Source of the DNA: Leucoraja ocellata
Lineage: Eukaryota
Length of the DNA stretch: 64,000 bases
Direction of reading: 5' to 3'
Assembly (NCBI GenBank): GCA_036785375.1
Contig: JAWMAR010000353.1
Location: 2,418,001 to 2,482,000 of the forward strand
Part shown: positions 1 to 13,090 of the stretch, in pieces
Layout: the number at the start of each line of letters is the position of its first letter
Numbering within the stretch: position 1 is the first letter of the stretch
Made by a program: the position numbers and the translations under genes
Notes under the pieces: model-generated
Seen by the model: the letters and a program-made list of their open reading frames with translations, nothing else
Told to the model about the DNA's origin: nothing
Databases searched by the model: none

Positions 1-3000
1 CTCTATGTCTCTATGTCTCTATGTGTCTATGTGTCTATGTGTCTATGTGTCTATGTGTCTATGTGTCTATGTCTCTATGTCTCTATGTGTCTATGTGTCT
101 CTATGTGTCTATGTCTCTATGTGTCTATGTGTCTATGTATCTATGTATCTATGTCTCTACGTCTCTATGTCTCTATGTGTCTCTATGTGTCTATGTGTCT
201 ATGTGTCTATGTCTCTATGTCTCTATGTCTCTATGTGTCTCTATGTCTCTATGTGTCTCTATGTCTCTATGTGTCTCTATGTCTCTATGTCTCTATGTGT
301 CTATGTGTCTATGTATCTATGTGTCTATGTGTCTATGTGTCTATGGGTCTATGTGTCTCTATGTCTCTATGTGTCTATGTGTCTATGTGTCTATGTGTCT
401 ATGTGTCTATGGGTCTATGTGTCTCTATGTCTCTATGTGTCTATGTGTCTATGTGTCTATGGGTCTATGTGTCTCTATGTCTCTATGTGTCTCTATGTCT
501 CTATGTGTCTATGTGTCTATGTGTCTATGTCTCTATGTGTCTATGTGTCTCTATGTTTCTATGTGTCTCTATGTCTCTATGTGTCTATGTGTCTATGTGT
601 CTATGGGTCTATGTGTCTATGTGTCTATGTCTCTATGTGTCTATGTGTCTCTATGTCTCTATGTGTCTCTATGTCTCTATGTGTCTATGTGTCTATGTGT
701 CTATGTGTCTATGGGTCTATGTGTCTCTATGTCTCTATGTGTCTCTATGTCTCTATGTGTCTATGTGTCTATGTGTCTATGGGTCTATGTGTCTCTATGT
801 CTCTATGTGTCTCTATGTCTCTATGTGTCTATGTGTCTATGTGTCTATGTGTCTATGTGTCTAGGTGTCTATGGGTCTATGTGTCTCTATGTCTCTATGT
901 CTCTATGTGTCTATGTGTCTATGTGTCTATTTGTCTGTGTCTCTATGTCTCTATGTGTCTATGTGTCTATGTGTCTATGTGTCTATGTGTCTATGTCTCT
1001 ATGTGTCTATGTGTCTATGTGTCTATGTGTCTATGTCTCTATGTGTCTCTATGTCTCTATGTCTCTATGTGTCTATGTCTCTATGTCTCTATATGTCTCC
1101 ATGTCTCTATGTCTCTATGTGTCTCTATGTGTCTGTCTCTATGTGTCTATGTGTCTATGGGTCTATGTGTCTATGTCTCTATGTGTCTATGTGTCTATGT
1201 GTCTATGGGTCTATGTGTCTCTATGTCTCTATGTGTCTATGTGTCTATGTCTCTATGTGTCTATGTCTCTATGTCTCTATGTGTCTATGTGTCTATGTGT
1301 CTATGTGTCTATGTGTCTATGGGTCTATGTGTCTCTATGTCTCTATGTGTCTATGTGTCTATGTGTCTATGGGTCTATGTGTCTCTATGTCTCTATGTGT
1401 CTCTATGTCTCTATGTGTCTATGTGTCTATGTGTCTATGGGTCTATGTGTCTCTATGTCTCTATGTGTCTATGTCTCTATGTCTCTATGTCTCTATGTCT
1501 CTATGTCTCTATGTCTCTATGTGTCTCTATGTCTCTATGTGTCTCTGTGTGTCTATGTGTCTATGTCTCTATGTGTCTATGTGTCTATGTGTCTCTATGT
1601 CTCTATGTGTCTATGTGTCTATGTCTCTATGTGTCTATGTGTATATGTGTCTATGTGTCTATGTCCCTATGTTTCTATGTCTCTATGTATCTATGCGTCT
1701 ATGTCTCTATGTGTCTATGTCTCTATGTCTATGTCTCTATGTGTATATGTGTCTATGTGTCTATGTCTCTATGTGTCTATGTATCTATGTCTCTATGTGT
1801 CTATGTGTCTATGTGTCTCTATGTCTCTATGTGTCTATGTGTCTATGTCTCTATGTGTCTATGTGTCTATGTCTCTATGTCTCTATGTGTCTATGTGTCT
1901 ATGTGTCTATGTCTCTATGTGTCTATGCGTCTATGTCTCTATGTGTCTATGTCTCTATGTCTCTATGTGTCTCTATGTGTCTATGTCTCTATGTGTCTAT
2001 GCGTCTATGTCTCTATGTGCCTATGTCTCTATGTCTCTATGTGTCTCTATGTGTCTATGTCTCTATGTGTCTATGTGTCTATGTCTCTATGTCTCTATGT
2101 CTCTATGTCTCTATGTGTCTATGTGTCTATGTGTCTATGTGTCTATGTGTCTATGTGTCTATGTCTCTATGTCTCTATGTGTCTATGTGTCTCTATGTGT
2201 CTATGTCTCTATGTGTCTATGTGTCTATGTATCTATGTCTCTATGTCTCTATGTCTCTATGTCTCTATGTGTCTCTATGTGTCTATGTGTCTATGTGTCT
2301 ATGTCTCTATGTCTCTATGTCTCTATGTCTCTATGTGTCTCTATGTCTCTATGTGTCTCTATGTCTCTATGTGTCTCTATGTCTCTATGTCTCTATGTGT
2401 CTATGTGTCTATGTATCTATGTGTCTATGTGTCTATGTGTCTATGGGTCTATGTGTCTCTATGTCTCTATGTGTCTATGTGTCTATGTGTCTATGTGTCT
2501 ATTTGTCTATGTGTCAATGTCTCTATGTCTATATGTGTTTCTATGTTTCTATGTGTCTATGTGTCTATGTGTCTATGTCTCTATGTCTCTATGTGTCTAT
2601 GTCTTTATGTGTATGTCTGTATGTCTCTATGTGTCTCTGTCTCTATGTCTCTATGTCTCTATGTGTCTATGTCTCTATGTGTCTATGTGTCTATGTGTCT
2701 ATGTGTCTATGTGTCTATGTGTCTCTATGTCTCTATGTGTCTCTGTCTATGTGTCTCTATGTGTCTATGTCTCTATGTGTCTATGTGTCTATGTATCTAT
2801 GTCTCTATGTCTCTATGTGTCTATGTGTCTATGTGTCTATGTGTCTATGTGTCTATGTCTCTATGTCTCTATGTGTCTATGTGTCTCTATGTGTCTATGT
2901 CTCTATGTGTCTATGTGTCTATGTATCTATGTCTCTATGTCTCTATGTCTCTATGTGTCTATGTGTATGTGTCTATGTGTCTATGTGTCTATGTCTCTAT

Positions 3001-6000
3001 GTCTCTATGTGTCTATGTGTCTCTATGTGTCTATGTCTCTATGTGTCTATGTGTCTATGTATCTATGTCTCTATGTCTCTATGTCTCTATGTCTCTATGT
3101 GTCTCTATGTGTCTATGTGTCTATGTGTCTATGTCTCTATGTCTCTATGTCTCTATGTCTCTATGTGTCTCTATGTCTCTATGTGTCTCTATGTCTCTAT
3201 GTGTCTCTATGTCTCTATGTCTCTATGTGTCTATGTGTCTATGTATCTATGTGTCTATGTGTCTATGTGTCTATGGGTCTATGTGTCTCTATGTCTCTAT
3301 GTGTCTATGTGTCTATGTGTCTATGTGTCTATGTGTCTATGTGTCAATGTCTCTATGTCTATATGTGTTTCTATGTTTCTATGTGTCTATGTGTCTATGT
3401 GTCTATGTCTCTATGTCTCTATGTGTCTATGTCTTTATGTGTATGTCTGTATGTCTCTATGTGTCTCTGTCTCTATGTCTCTATGTCTCTATGTGTCTAT
3501 GTCTCTATGTGTCTATGTGTCTATGTGTCTATGTGTCTATGTGTCTCTATGTCTCTATGTGTCTCTATGTCTATGTGTCTCTATGTGTCTATGTCTCTAT
3601 GTGTCTATGTGTCTATGTATCTATGTCTCTATGTCTCTATGTGTCTATGTGTCTATGTGTCTATGTGTCTATGTGTCTATGTCTCTATGTCTCTATGTGT
3701 CTATGTGTCTCTATGTGTCTATGTCTCTATGTGTCTATGTGTCTATGTATCTATGTCTCTATGTCTCTATGTCTCTATGTCTCTATGTGTCTCTATGTGT
3801 CTATGTGTCTATGTGTCTATGTCTCTATGTCTCTATGTCTCTATGTCTCTATGTGTCTCTATGTCTCTATGTGTCTCTATGTCTCTATGTGTCTCTATGT
3901 CTCTATGTCTCTATGTGTCTATGTGTCTATCTATCTATGTGTCTATGTGGCTATGTGTCTATGGGTCTATGTGTCTCTATGTCTCTATGTGTCTATGTGT
4001 CTATGTGTCTATGTGTCTATGTGTCTATGGGTCTATGTGTCTCTATGTGTCTATGTGTCTATGTGTCTATGTGTCTATGGGTCTATGTGTCTCTATGTCT
4101 CTATGTGTCTCCATGTCTCTATGTGTCTATGTGTCTATGTGTCTATGTCTCTATGTGTCTATGTGTCTCTATGTTTCCATGTGTCTCTATGTCTCTATGT
4201 GTCTATGTGTCTATGTGTCTATGGGTCTATGTGTCTATGTGTCTATGTCTCTATGTGTCTATGTGTCTCTATGTCTCTATGTGTCTCTATGTCTCTATGT
4301 GTCTATGTGTCTATGTGTCTATGTGTCTATGGGTCTATGTGTCTCTATGTCTCTATGTGTCTCTATGTGTCTATGTGTCTATGTCTCTATGTGTTTCTAT
4401 GTCTCTATGTGTCTATGTGTCTATGTGTCTATGTGTCTATGTCTCTATGTGTTTCTATGTCTCTATGTGTCTATGTGTCTATGTGTCTATGTGTCAATGT
4501 CTCTATGTGTCTATGTGTCTATGTCTCTATGTGTTTCTATGTCTCTATGTGTCTATGTGTCTATGTGTCTATGTGTCAATGTCTCTATGTCTCTATGTGT
4601 TTCTATGTGTCTATGTGTCTATGTGTCTATGTGTCTATGTGTCTATGTGTATATGTCTCTATGTGTATATGTCTCTATGTGTCTATGTGTCTATGTCTCT
4701 ATGTGTCTGTCTGTATGTCTCTATGTGTCTCTGTCTCTATGTCTCTATGTCTCTATGTGTCAATGTCTCTATGTCTCTATGTGTTTCTATGTGTCTATGT
4801 GTCTATGTCTCTATGTCTCTATGTGTCTATGTCTCTATGTGTCTGTCTGTATGTCTCTATGTGTCTCTGTCTCTATGTCTCTATGTCTCTATGTGTCTAT
4901 GTCTCTATGTGTCTATGTGTCTATGTGTCTATGTGTCTCTATGTCTCTATGTGTCTCTATGTCTCTATGTGTCTCTATGTGTCTATGTCTCTATGTGTCT
5001 ATGTGTCTATGTATCTATGTCTCTATGTCTCTATGTCTCTATGTGTCTATGTGTCTATGTGTCTATGTGTCTATGTCTCTATGTCTCTATGTGTCTATGT
5101 GTCTCTATGTGTCTATGTCTCTATGTGTCTATGTGTCTATGTATCTATGTCTCTATGTCTCTATGTCTCTATGTCTCTATGTCTCTATGTGTCTCTATGT
5201 CTCTATGTGTCTCTATGTCTCTATGTGTCTCTATGTCTCTATGTCTCTATGTGTCTATGTGTCTATGTGTCTATGTGTCAATGTCTCTATGTGTCTATGT
5301 GTCAATGTCTCTATGTCTCTATGTGTTTCTATGTGTCTATGTGTCTATGTGTCTATGTGTCTATGTGTCTATGTGTATATGTCTCTATGTGTATATGTCT
5401 CTATGTGTCTATGTGTCTATGTCTCTATGTGTTTCTATGTCTCTATGTGTCTATGTGTCTATGTGTCTATGTGTCAATGTCTCTATGTCTATATGTGTTT
5501 CTATGTTTCTATGTGTCTATGTGTCTATGTGTCTATGTCTCTATGTCTCTATGTGTCTATGTCTTTATGTGTATGTCTGTATGTCTCTATGTGTCTCTGT
5601 CTCTATGTCTCTATGTCTCTATGTGTCTATGTCTCTATGTGTCTATGTGTCTATGTGTCTATGTGTCTATGTGTCTCTATGTCTCTATGTGTCTCTATGT
5701 CTCTATGTGTCTCTATGTGTCTATGTCTCTATGTGTCTATGTGTCTATGTATCTATGTCTCTATGTCTCCATGTCTCTATGTGTCTATGTGTCTATGTGT
5801 CTATGTGTCTATGTGTCTATGTGTCTATGTCTCTATGTCTCTATGTGTCTATGTGTCTCTATGTGTCTATGTCTCTATGTGTCTATGTGTCTATGTATCT
5901 ATGTATCTATGTCTCTATGTCTCTATGTCTCTATGTGTCTCTATGTGTCTATGTGTCTATGTGTCTATGTCTCTATGTCTCTATGTCTCTATGTCTCTAT

Positions 6001-7528
6001 GTGTCTCTATGTCACTATGTGTCTCTATGTCTCTATGTGTCTCTATGTCTCTATGTCTCTATGTGTCTATGTGTCTATGTATCTATGTGCCTATGTGTCT
6101 ATGTGTCTATGGGTCTATGTGTCTCTATGTCTCTATGTGTCTATGTGTCTATGTGTCTATGTGTCTATGTGTCTATGGGTCTATGTGTCTCTATGTCTCT
6201 ATGTGTCTATGTGTCTATGTGTCTATGGGTCTATGTGTCTCTATGTCTCTATGTGTCTCTATGTCTCTATGTGTCTATGTGTCTATGTGTCTATGTCTCT
6301 ATGTGTCTATGTGTCTCTATGTTTCTATGTGTCTCTATGTCTCTATGTGTCTATGTGTCTATGTGTCTATGGGTCTATGTGTCTATGTGTCTATGTCTCT
6401 ATGTGTCTATGTGTCTCTATGTCTCTATGTGTCTCTATGTCTCTATGTGTCTATGTGTCTATGTGTCTATGTGTCTATGGGTCTATGTGTCTCTATGTCT
6501 CTATGTGTCTCTATGTCTCTATGTGTCTATGTGTCTATGTGTCTATGGGTCTATGTGTCTCTATGTCTCTATGTGTCTCTATGTGTCTATGTGTCTATGT
6601 GTCTATGTGTCTATGTGTCTATGTGTCTAGGTGTCTATGGGTCTATGTGTCTCTATGTCTCTATGTCTCTATGTGTCTATGTGTCTATGTGTCTATTTGT
6701 CTGTGTCTCTATGTCTCTATGTGTCTATGTGTCTATGTGTCTATGTGTCTATGTGTCTATGTCTCTATGTGTCTATGTGTCTATGTGTCTATGTCTCTAT
6801 GTGTCTCTATGTCTCTATGTCTCTATGTGTCTATGTCTCTATGTCTCTATATGTCTCCATGTCTCTATGTCTCTATGTGTCTCTATGTGTCTGTCTCTAT
6901 GTGTCTATGTGTCTATGGGTCTATGTGTCTATGTCTCTATGTGTCTATGTGTCTATGTGTCTATGGGTCTATGTGTCTCTATGTCTCTATGTGTCTATGT
7001 GTCTATGTCTCTATGTCTCTATGTCTCTATGTCTCTATGTCTCTATGTGTCTCTATGTCTCTATGTGTCTCTATGTGTCTATGTGTCTATGTCTCTATGT
7101 GTCTATGTGTCTATGTGTCTCTATATCTCTATGTGTCTATGTGTCTATGTGTCTATGTGTATATGTGTCTATGTGTCTATGTCCCTATGATTCTATGTCT
7201 CTATGTATCTATGCGTCTATGTCTCTATGTGTCTATGTCTCTATGTCTATGTCTCTATGTGTCTATGTGTCTATGTGTCTATGTCTCTATGTGTCTATGT
7301 CTCTATGTCTCTATGTGTCTATGTGTCTATGTGTCTCTATGTCTCTATGTGTCTATGTGTCTATGTCTCTATGTGTCTATGTGTCTATGTCTCTATGTGT
7401 CTATGTGTCTATGTGTCTATGTCTCTATGTGTCTATGCGTCTATGTCTCTATGTGTCTATGTCTCTATGTCTCTATGTGTCTCTATGTGTCTATGTCTCT
7501 ATGTGTCTATGCGTCTATGTCTCTATGT
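1..7528. repeat. Octamer satellite array CTATGT(G/C)T with 6- and 10-mer variants (left block)
   Basis: Continuous CTATGTGT/CTATGTCT units; starts before the window. Confidence 0.99.
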
Positions 7529-8392
7529 ACAATACAATACAAATTTATTATCATTTGAGCCCCAGTGAGACTCAAACGAAATGTTGTTTCCACAGCCATA
7601 CAAACAAAGACACTGTCTTACAGACATACACATAATTAAATCCACACAAACATCCATCACAGTGAAGCCACTGTGATGGAAGGCAAGTCTTTTCTCTCCC
7701 CTGTTCTCCGTGTCTCTCCCGATGTCCAAGCCCCAGGCGGGCGATGATGAGTCCCACGGCCATTTTAGGCCGCGCGGGGCGATTTACGGCCCCGCTCCCG
7801 GTCTGAAAGTCCAAGGTTGGAACCCCCACGGGCGATGGCGAGTCCCACGGCCATGAAGCCGCGCCGGGTGATGTACTGTCCCGGTCCGGGTTGTTCCAAC
7901 CCCGTGACACCGGCTGGAGAAGTCGCGTAGCGGGAGCTCCGGGAAGCGGTCTCTCTCTCTCCTCCCAGACCCGCGAGCTCCCGATGTCACAGTCCACCGG
8001 ACCTGCGGCTGCGTTGCTGGAGCCTCCGAGCCCCAGGAGTCGAGTCGCAGCAGCGAGTCACCGCCGCTCCCCACGCTCCGAGGCCGGCCACCCCCGACGA
8101 TGGTGAGTCCGCAGATCCGCAGTCTCCCGAGCCCCCGGGTCGTTCAGGCTGGAGGCCGCTCCACGGTGCTAGGCCCCAACGACAGCCGAGACCCGACAGG
8201 GAAAAAGTCGGGTCTCCCGGACAGGGAAGAGATTTAAACAGTTTCCCCCTCCCCCCCCCCCCCGCCCCCCACATTTACACATTTAAAAATACTATTAAAA
8301 AACACCAAACACTACATTTAACTAGACAAAAAAAATAAAAAAAAAGACAGACAGGCTGTAGGGGCCGCTGCAACGGGTGAGTCGCGCCGCCA
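7529..8392 (-). mobile_element. Non-coding retroposon-like element inserted in the satellite
   Basis: Interrupts the satellite. Minus strand ends AATAAATTT(GTATT)n. 11-bp hairpin at 7654-7679. Related sequence at ~15720-15935 and ~17460-17800. Confidence 0.7.
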
Positions 8393-11300
8393 ATGTGCCT
8401 ATGTCTCTATGTCTCTATGTGTCTCTATGTGTCTATGTCTCTATGTGTCTATGTGTCTATGTCTCTATGCGTCTATGTCTCTATGTGTCTATGTCTCTAT
8501 GTCTCTATGTGTCTCTATGTGTCTATGTCTCTATGTGTCTATGTCTCTATGTCTCTATGTGTCTATGCGTCTATGTCTCTATGTGTCTATGTTTCTATGT
8601 GTCTATGTGTCTATGTCTCTATGTCTCTATGTGTCTATGTGTCTATGTCTCTATGTCTCTATGTCTCTATGTTTCTATGTGTCTATGTCTCTATGTGTCT
8701 GTGTCTATGTGTCTATGTCTCTATGTGTCTATGTGTCTATGTGTCTATGGGTCTATGTGTCTATGTGTCTATGTCTCTATGTGTCTATGTGTCTCTATGT
8801 CTCTATGTGTCTCTATGTCTCTATGTGTCTATGTGCCTATGTGTCTATGTGTCTATGGGTCTATGTGTCTCTATGTCTCTATGTGTCTCTATGTCTCTAT
8901 GTGTCTATGTGTCTATGTGTCTATGGGTCTATGTGTCTCTATGTCTCTATGTGTCTCTATGTCTATGTGTCTATGTGTCTATGTGTCTATGTGTCTATGT
9001 GTCTAGGTGTCTATGGGTCTATGTGTCTCTATGTCTCTATGTCTCTATGTGTCTATGTGTCTATGTGTCTATTTGTCTGTGTCTCTATGTCTCTATGTGT
9101 CTATGTGTCTATGTGTCTATGTGTCTATGTGTCTATGTCTCTATGTGTCTATGTGTCTATGTGTCTATGTGTCTATGTCTCTATGTGTCTCTATGTCTCT
9201 ATGTCTCTATGTGTCTATGTCTCTATGTCTCTATATGTCTCCATGTCTCTATGTCTCTATGTGTCTCTATGTGTCTGTCTCTATGTGTCTATGTGTCTAT
9301 GTGTCTATGTGTCTATGGGTCTATGTGTCTATGTCTCTATGTGTCTATGTGTCTATGTGTCTATGGGTCTATGTGTCTCTATGTCTCTATGTGTCTATGT
9401 GTCTATGTCTCTATGTCTCTATGTCTCTATGTCTCTATGTCTCTATGTGTCTCTATGTGTCTATGTGTCTATGTCTCTATGTGTCTATGTGTCTATGTGT
9501 CTCTATGTCTCTATGTGTCTATGTGTCTCTATGTCTCTATGTGTCTATGTGTCTATGTGTCTATGGGTCTATGTGTCTCTATGTCTCTATGTGTCTCTAT
9601 GTCTCTATGTGTCTATGTGTCTATGTGTCTATGGGTCTATGTGTCTCTATGTCTCTATGTGTCTCTATGTCTCTATGTGTCTATGTGTCTATGTGTCTAT
9701 GTGTCTATGTGTCTAGGTGTCTATGGGTCTATGTGTCTCTATGTCTCTATGTCTCTATGTGTCTATGTGTCTATGTGTCTATTTGTCTGTGTCTCTATGT
9801 CTCTATGTGTCTATGTGTCTATGTGTCTATGTGTCTATGTGTCTATGTCTCTATGTGTCTATGTGTCTATGTGTCTATGTGTCTATGTCTCTATGTGTCT
9901 CTATGTCTCTATGTCTCTATGTGTCTATGTCTCTATGTCTCTATATGTCTCCATGTCTCTATGTCTCTATGTGTCTCTATGTGTCTGTCTCTATGTGTCT
10001 ATGTGTCTATGGGTCTATGTGTCTATGTCTCTATGTGTCTATGTGTCTATGTGTCTATGGGTCTATGTGTCTCTATGTCTCTATGTGTCTATGTGTCTAT
10101 GTCTCTATGTCTCTATGTCTCTATGTCTCTATGTCTCTATGTGTCTCTATGTCTCTATGTGTCTCTATGTGTCTATGTGTCTATGTCTCTATGTGTCTAT
10201 GTGTCTCTATGTCTCTATGTGTCTATGTGTCTATGTGTCTATGTGTATATGTGTCTATGTGTCTATGTCCCTATGTTTCTATGTCTCTATGTATCTATGC
10301 GTCTATGTCTCTATGTGTCTATGTCTCTATGTCTATGTCTCTATGTGTCTATGTGTCTATGTGTCTATGTCTCTATGTGTCTATGTCTCTATGTCTCTAT
10401 GTGTCTATGTGTCTATGTGTCTCTATGTCTCTATGTGTCTATGTGTCTATGTCTCTATGTGTCTATGTGTCTATGTCTCTATGTCTCTATGTGTCTATGT
10501 GTCTATGTGTCTATGTCTCTATGTGTCTATGCGTCTATGTCTCTATGTGTCTATGTCTCTATGTCTCTATGTGTCTCTATGTGTCTATGTCTCTATGTGT
10601 CTATGCGTCTATGTCTCTATGTGCCTATGTCTCTATGTCTCTATGTGTCTCTATGTGTCTATGTCTCTATGTGTCTATGTGTCTATGTCTCTATGCGTCT
10701 ATGTCTCTATGTGTCTATGTCTCTATGTCTCTATGTGTCTCTATGTGTCTATGTCTCTATGTGTCTATGTCTCTATGTCTCTATGTGTCTATGCGTCTAT
10801 GTCTCTATGTGTCTATGTCTCTATGTCTCTATGTGTCTATGTGTCTATGTGTCTATGTCTCTATGTCTATGTGTCTATGTGTCTATGTCTCTATGTCTCT
10901 ATGTGTCTATGTGTCTATGTCTCTATGTCTCTATGTCTCTATGTTTCTATGTGTCTATGTCTCTATGTGTCTGTGTCTATGTGTCTATGTCTCTATGTGT
11001 CTATGTGTCTATGTGTCTATGGGTCTATGTGTCTATGTGTCTATGTCTCTATGTGTCTATGTGTCTCTATGTCTCTATGTGTCTCTATGTCTCTATGTGT
11101 CTATGTGTCTATGTGTCTATGTGTCTATGGGTCTATGTGTCTCTATGTCTCTATGTGTCTCTATGTCTCTATGTGTCTATGTGTCTATGTGTCTATGGGT
11201 CTATGTGTCTCTATGTCTCTATGTGTCTCTATGTCTATGTGTCTATGTGTCTATGTGTCTATGTGTCTATGTGTCTAGGTGTCTATGGGTCTATGTGTCT

Positions 11301-13090
11301 CTATGTCTCTATGTCTCTATGTGTCTATGTGTCTATGTGTCTATTTGTCTGTGTCTCTATGTCTCTATGTGTCTATGTGTCTATGTGTCTATGTCTCTAT
11401 GTGTCTATGTGTCTATGTGTCTATGTGTCTATGTCTCTATGTGTCTCTATGTCTCTATGTCTCTATGTGTCTATGTCTCTATGTCTCTATATGTCTCCAT
11501 GTCTCTATGTCTCTATGTGTCTCTATGTGTCTGTCTCTATGTGTCTATGTGTCTATGTGTCTATGTGTCTATGGGTCTATGTGTCTATGTCTCTATGTGT
11601 CTATGTGTCTATGTGTCTATGGGTCTATGTGTCTCTATGTCTCTATGTGTCTATGTGTCTATGTCTCTATGTCTCTATGTCTCTATGTCTCTATGTCTCT
11701 ATATGTCTCTATGTGTCTATGTGTCTATGTCTCTATGTGTCTATGTGTCTATGTGTCTCTATGTCTCTATGTGTCTATGTGTCTATGTCTCTATGTGTCT
11801 ATGTGTCTATGTGTCTATGTGTCTATGTCCCTATGTTTCTATGTCTCTATGTATCTATGCGTCTATGTCTCTATGTGTCTATGTCTCTATGTCTATGTCT
11901 CTATGTGTCTATGTGTCTATGTGTCTATGTCTCTATGTGTCTATGTCTCTATGTCTCTATGTGTCTATGTGTCTATGTGTCTCTATGTCTCTATGTGTCT
12001 ATGTGTCTATGTCTCTATGTGTCTATGTGTCTATGTCTCTATGTCTCTATGTGTCTATGTGTCTATGTGTCTATGTCTCTATGTGTCTATGCGTCTATGT
12101 CTCTATGTGTCTATGTCTCTATGTCTCTATGTGTCTCTATGTGTCTATGTCTCTATGTGTCTATGCGTCTATGTCTCTATGTGCCTATGTCTCTATGTCT
12201 CTATGTGTCTTTATGTGTCTATGTCTCTATGTGTCTATGTGTCTATGTCTCTATGTGTCTATGCGTCTATGTCTCTATGTGTCTATGTCTCTATGTCTCT
12301 ATGTGTCTCTATGTGTCTATGTCTCTATGTGTCTATGTCTCTATGTCTCTATGTGTCTATGCGTCTATGTCTCTATGTGTCTATGTCTCTATGTGTCTAT
12401 GTGTCTATGTCTCTATGTCTCTATGTCTCTATGTTTCTATGTGTCTATGTGTCTGTGTCTATGTGTCTATGTCTCTATGTCTCTATGTGTCTATGTGTCT
12501 ATGTCTCTATGTCTCTATGTGTCTATGTCTCTATGTCTCTATGTGTCTATGTCTCTATGTCTCTATGTCTCCATGTGTCTATGTGTCTATGTCTCTATGT
12601 CTCTATGTCTCTATGTCTCTATGTCTCTATGTTTCTATGTGTCTATGTCTCTATGTGTCTATGTGTCTATGTGTCTATGTGTCTATGTGTCTACGTGTCT
12701 ATGTCTCTATGTCTCTATGTCTCTATGTGTCTATGGGTCTATGTGTCTATGTGTCTATGTGTCTACGTGTCTATGTCTCTATGTCTATGTGTCTATGTCT
12801 CTATGTCTCTATGTCTCTATGTGTCTATGTGTCTATGTGTCTATGTGTCTATGTCTCTATGTGTCTATGTGTCTATGTGTCTATGTGTCTATGTGTCTAT
12901 GTCTCTATGTCTCTATGTCTCTATGTCTCTATGTGTCTATGGGTCTATGTGTCTATGTGTCTATGTCTCTATGTGTCTATGTCTCTATGTCTATGTGTCT
13001 ATGTCTCTATGTCTCTATGTCTCTATGTGTCTATGTCTCTATGTGTCTATGTGTCTATGTGTCTATGTCTCTATGTTTCTATGCTTCTAT
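8393..13090. repeat. Octamer satellite array (right block)
   Basis: Same units and same diagnostic variants as the left block. Confidence 0.99.
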
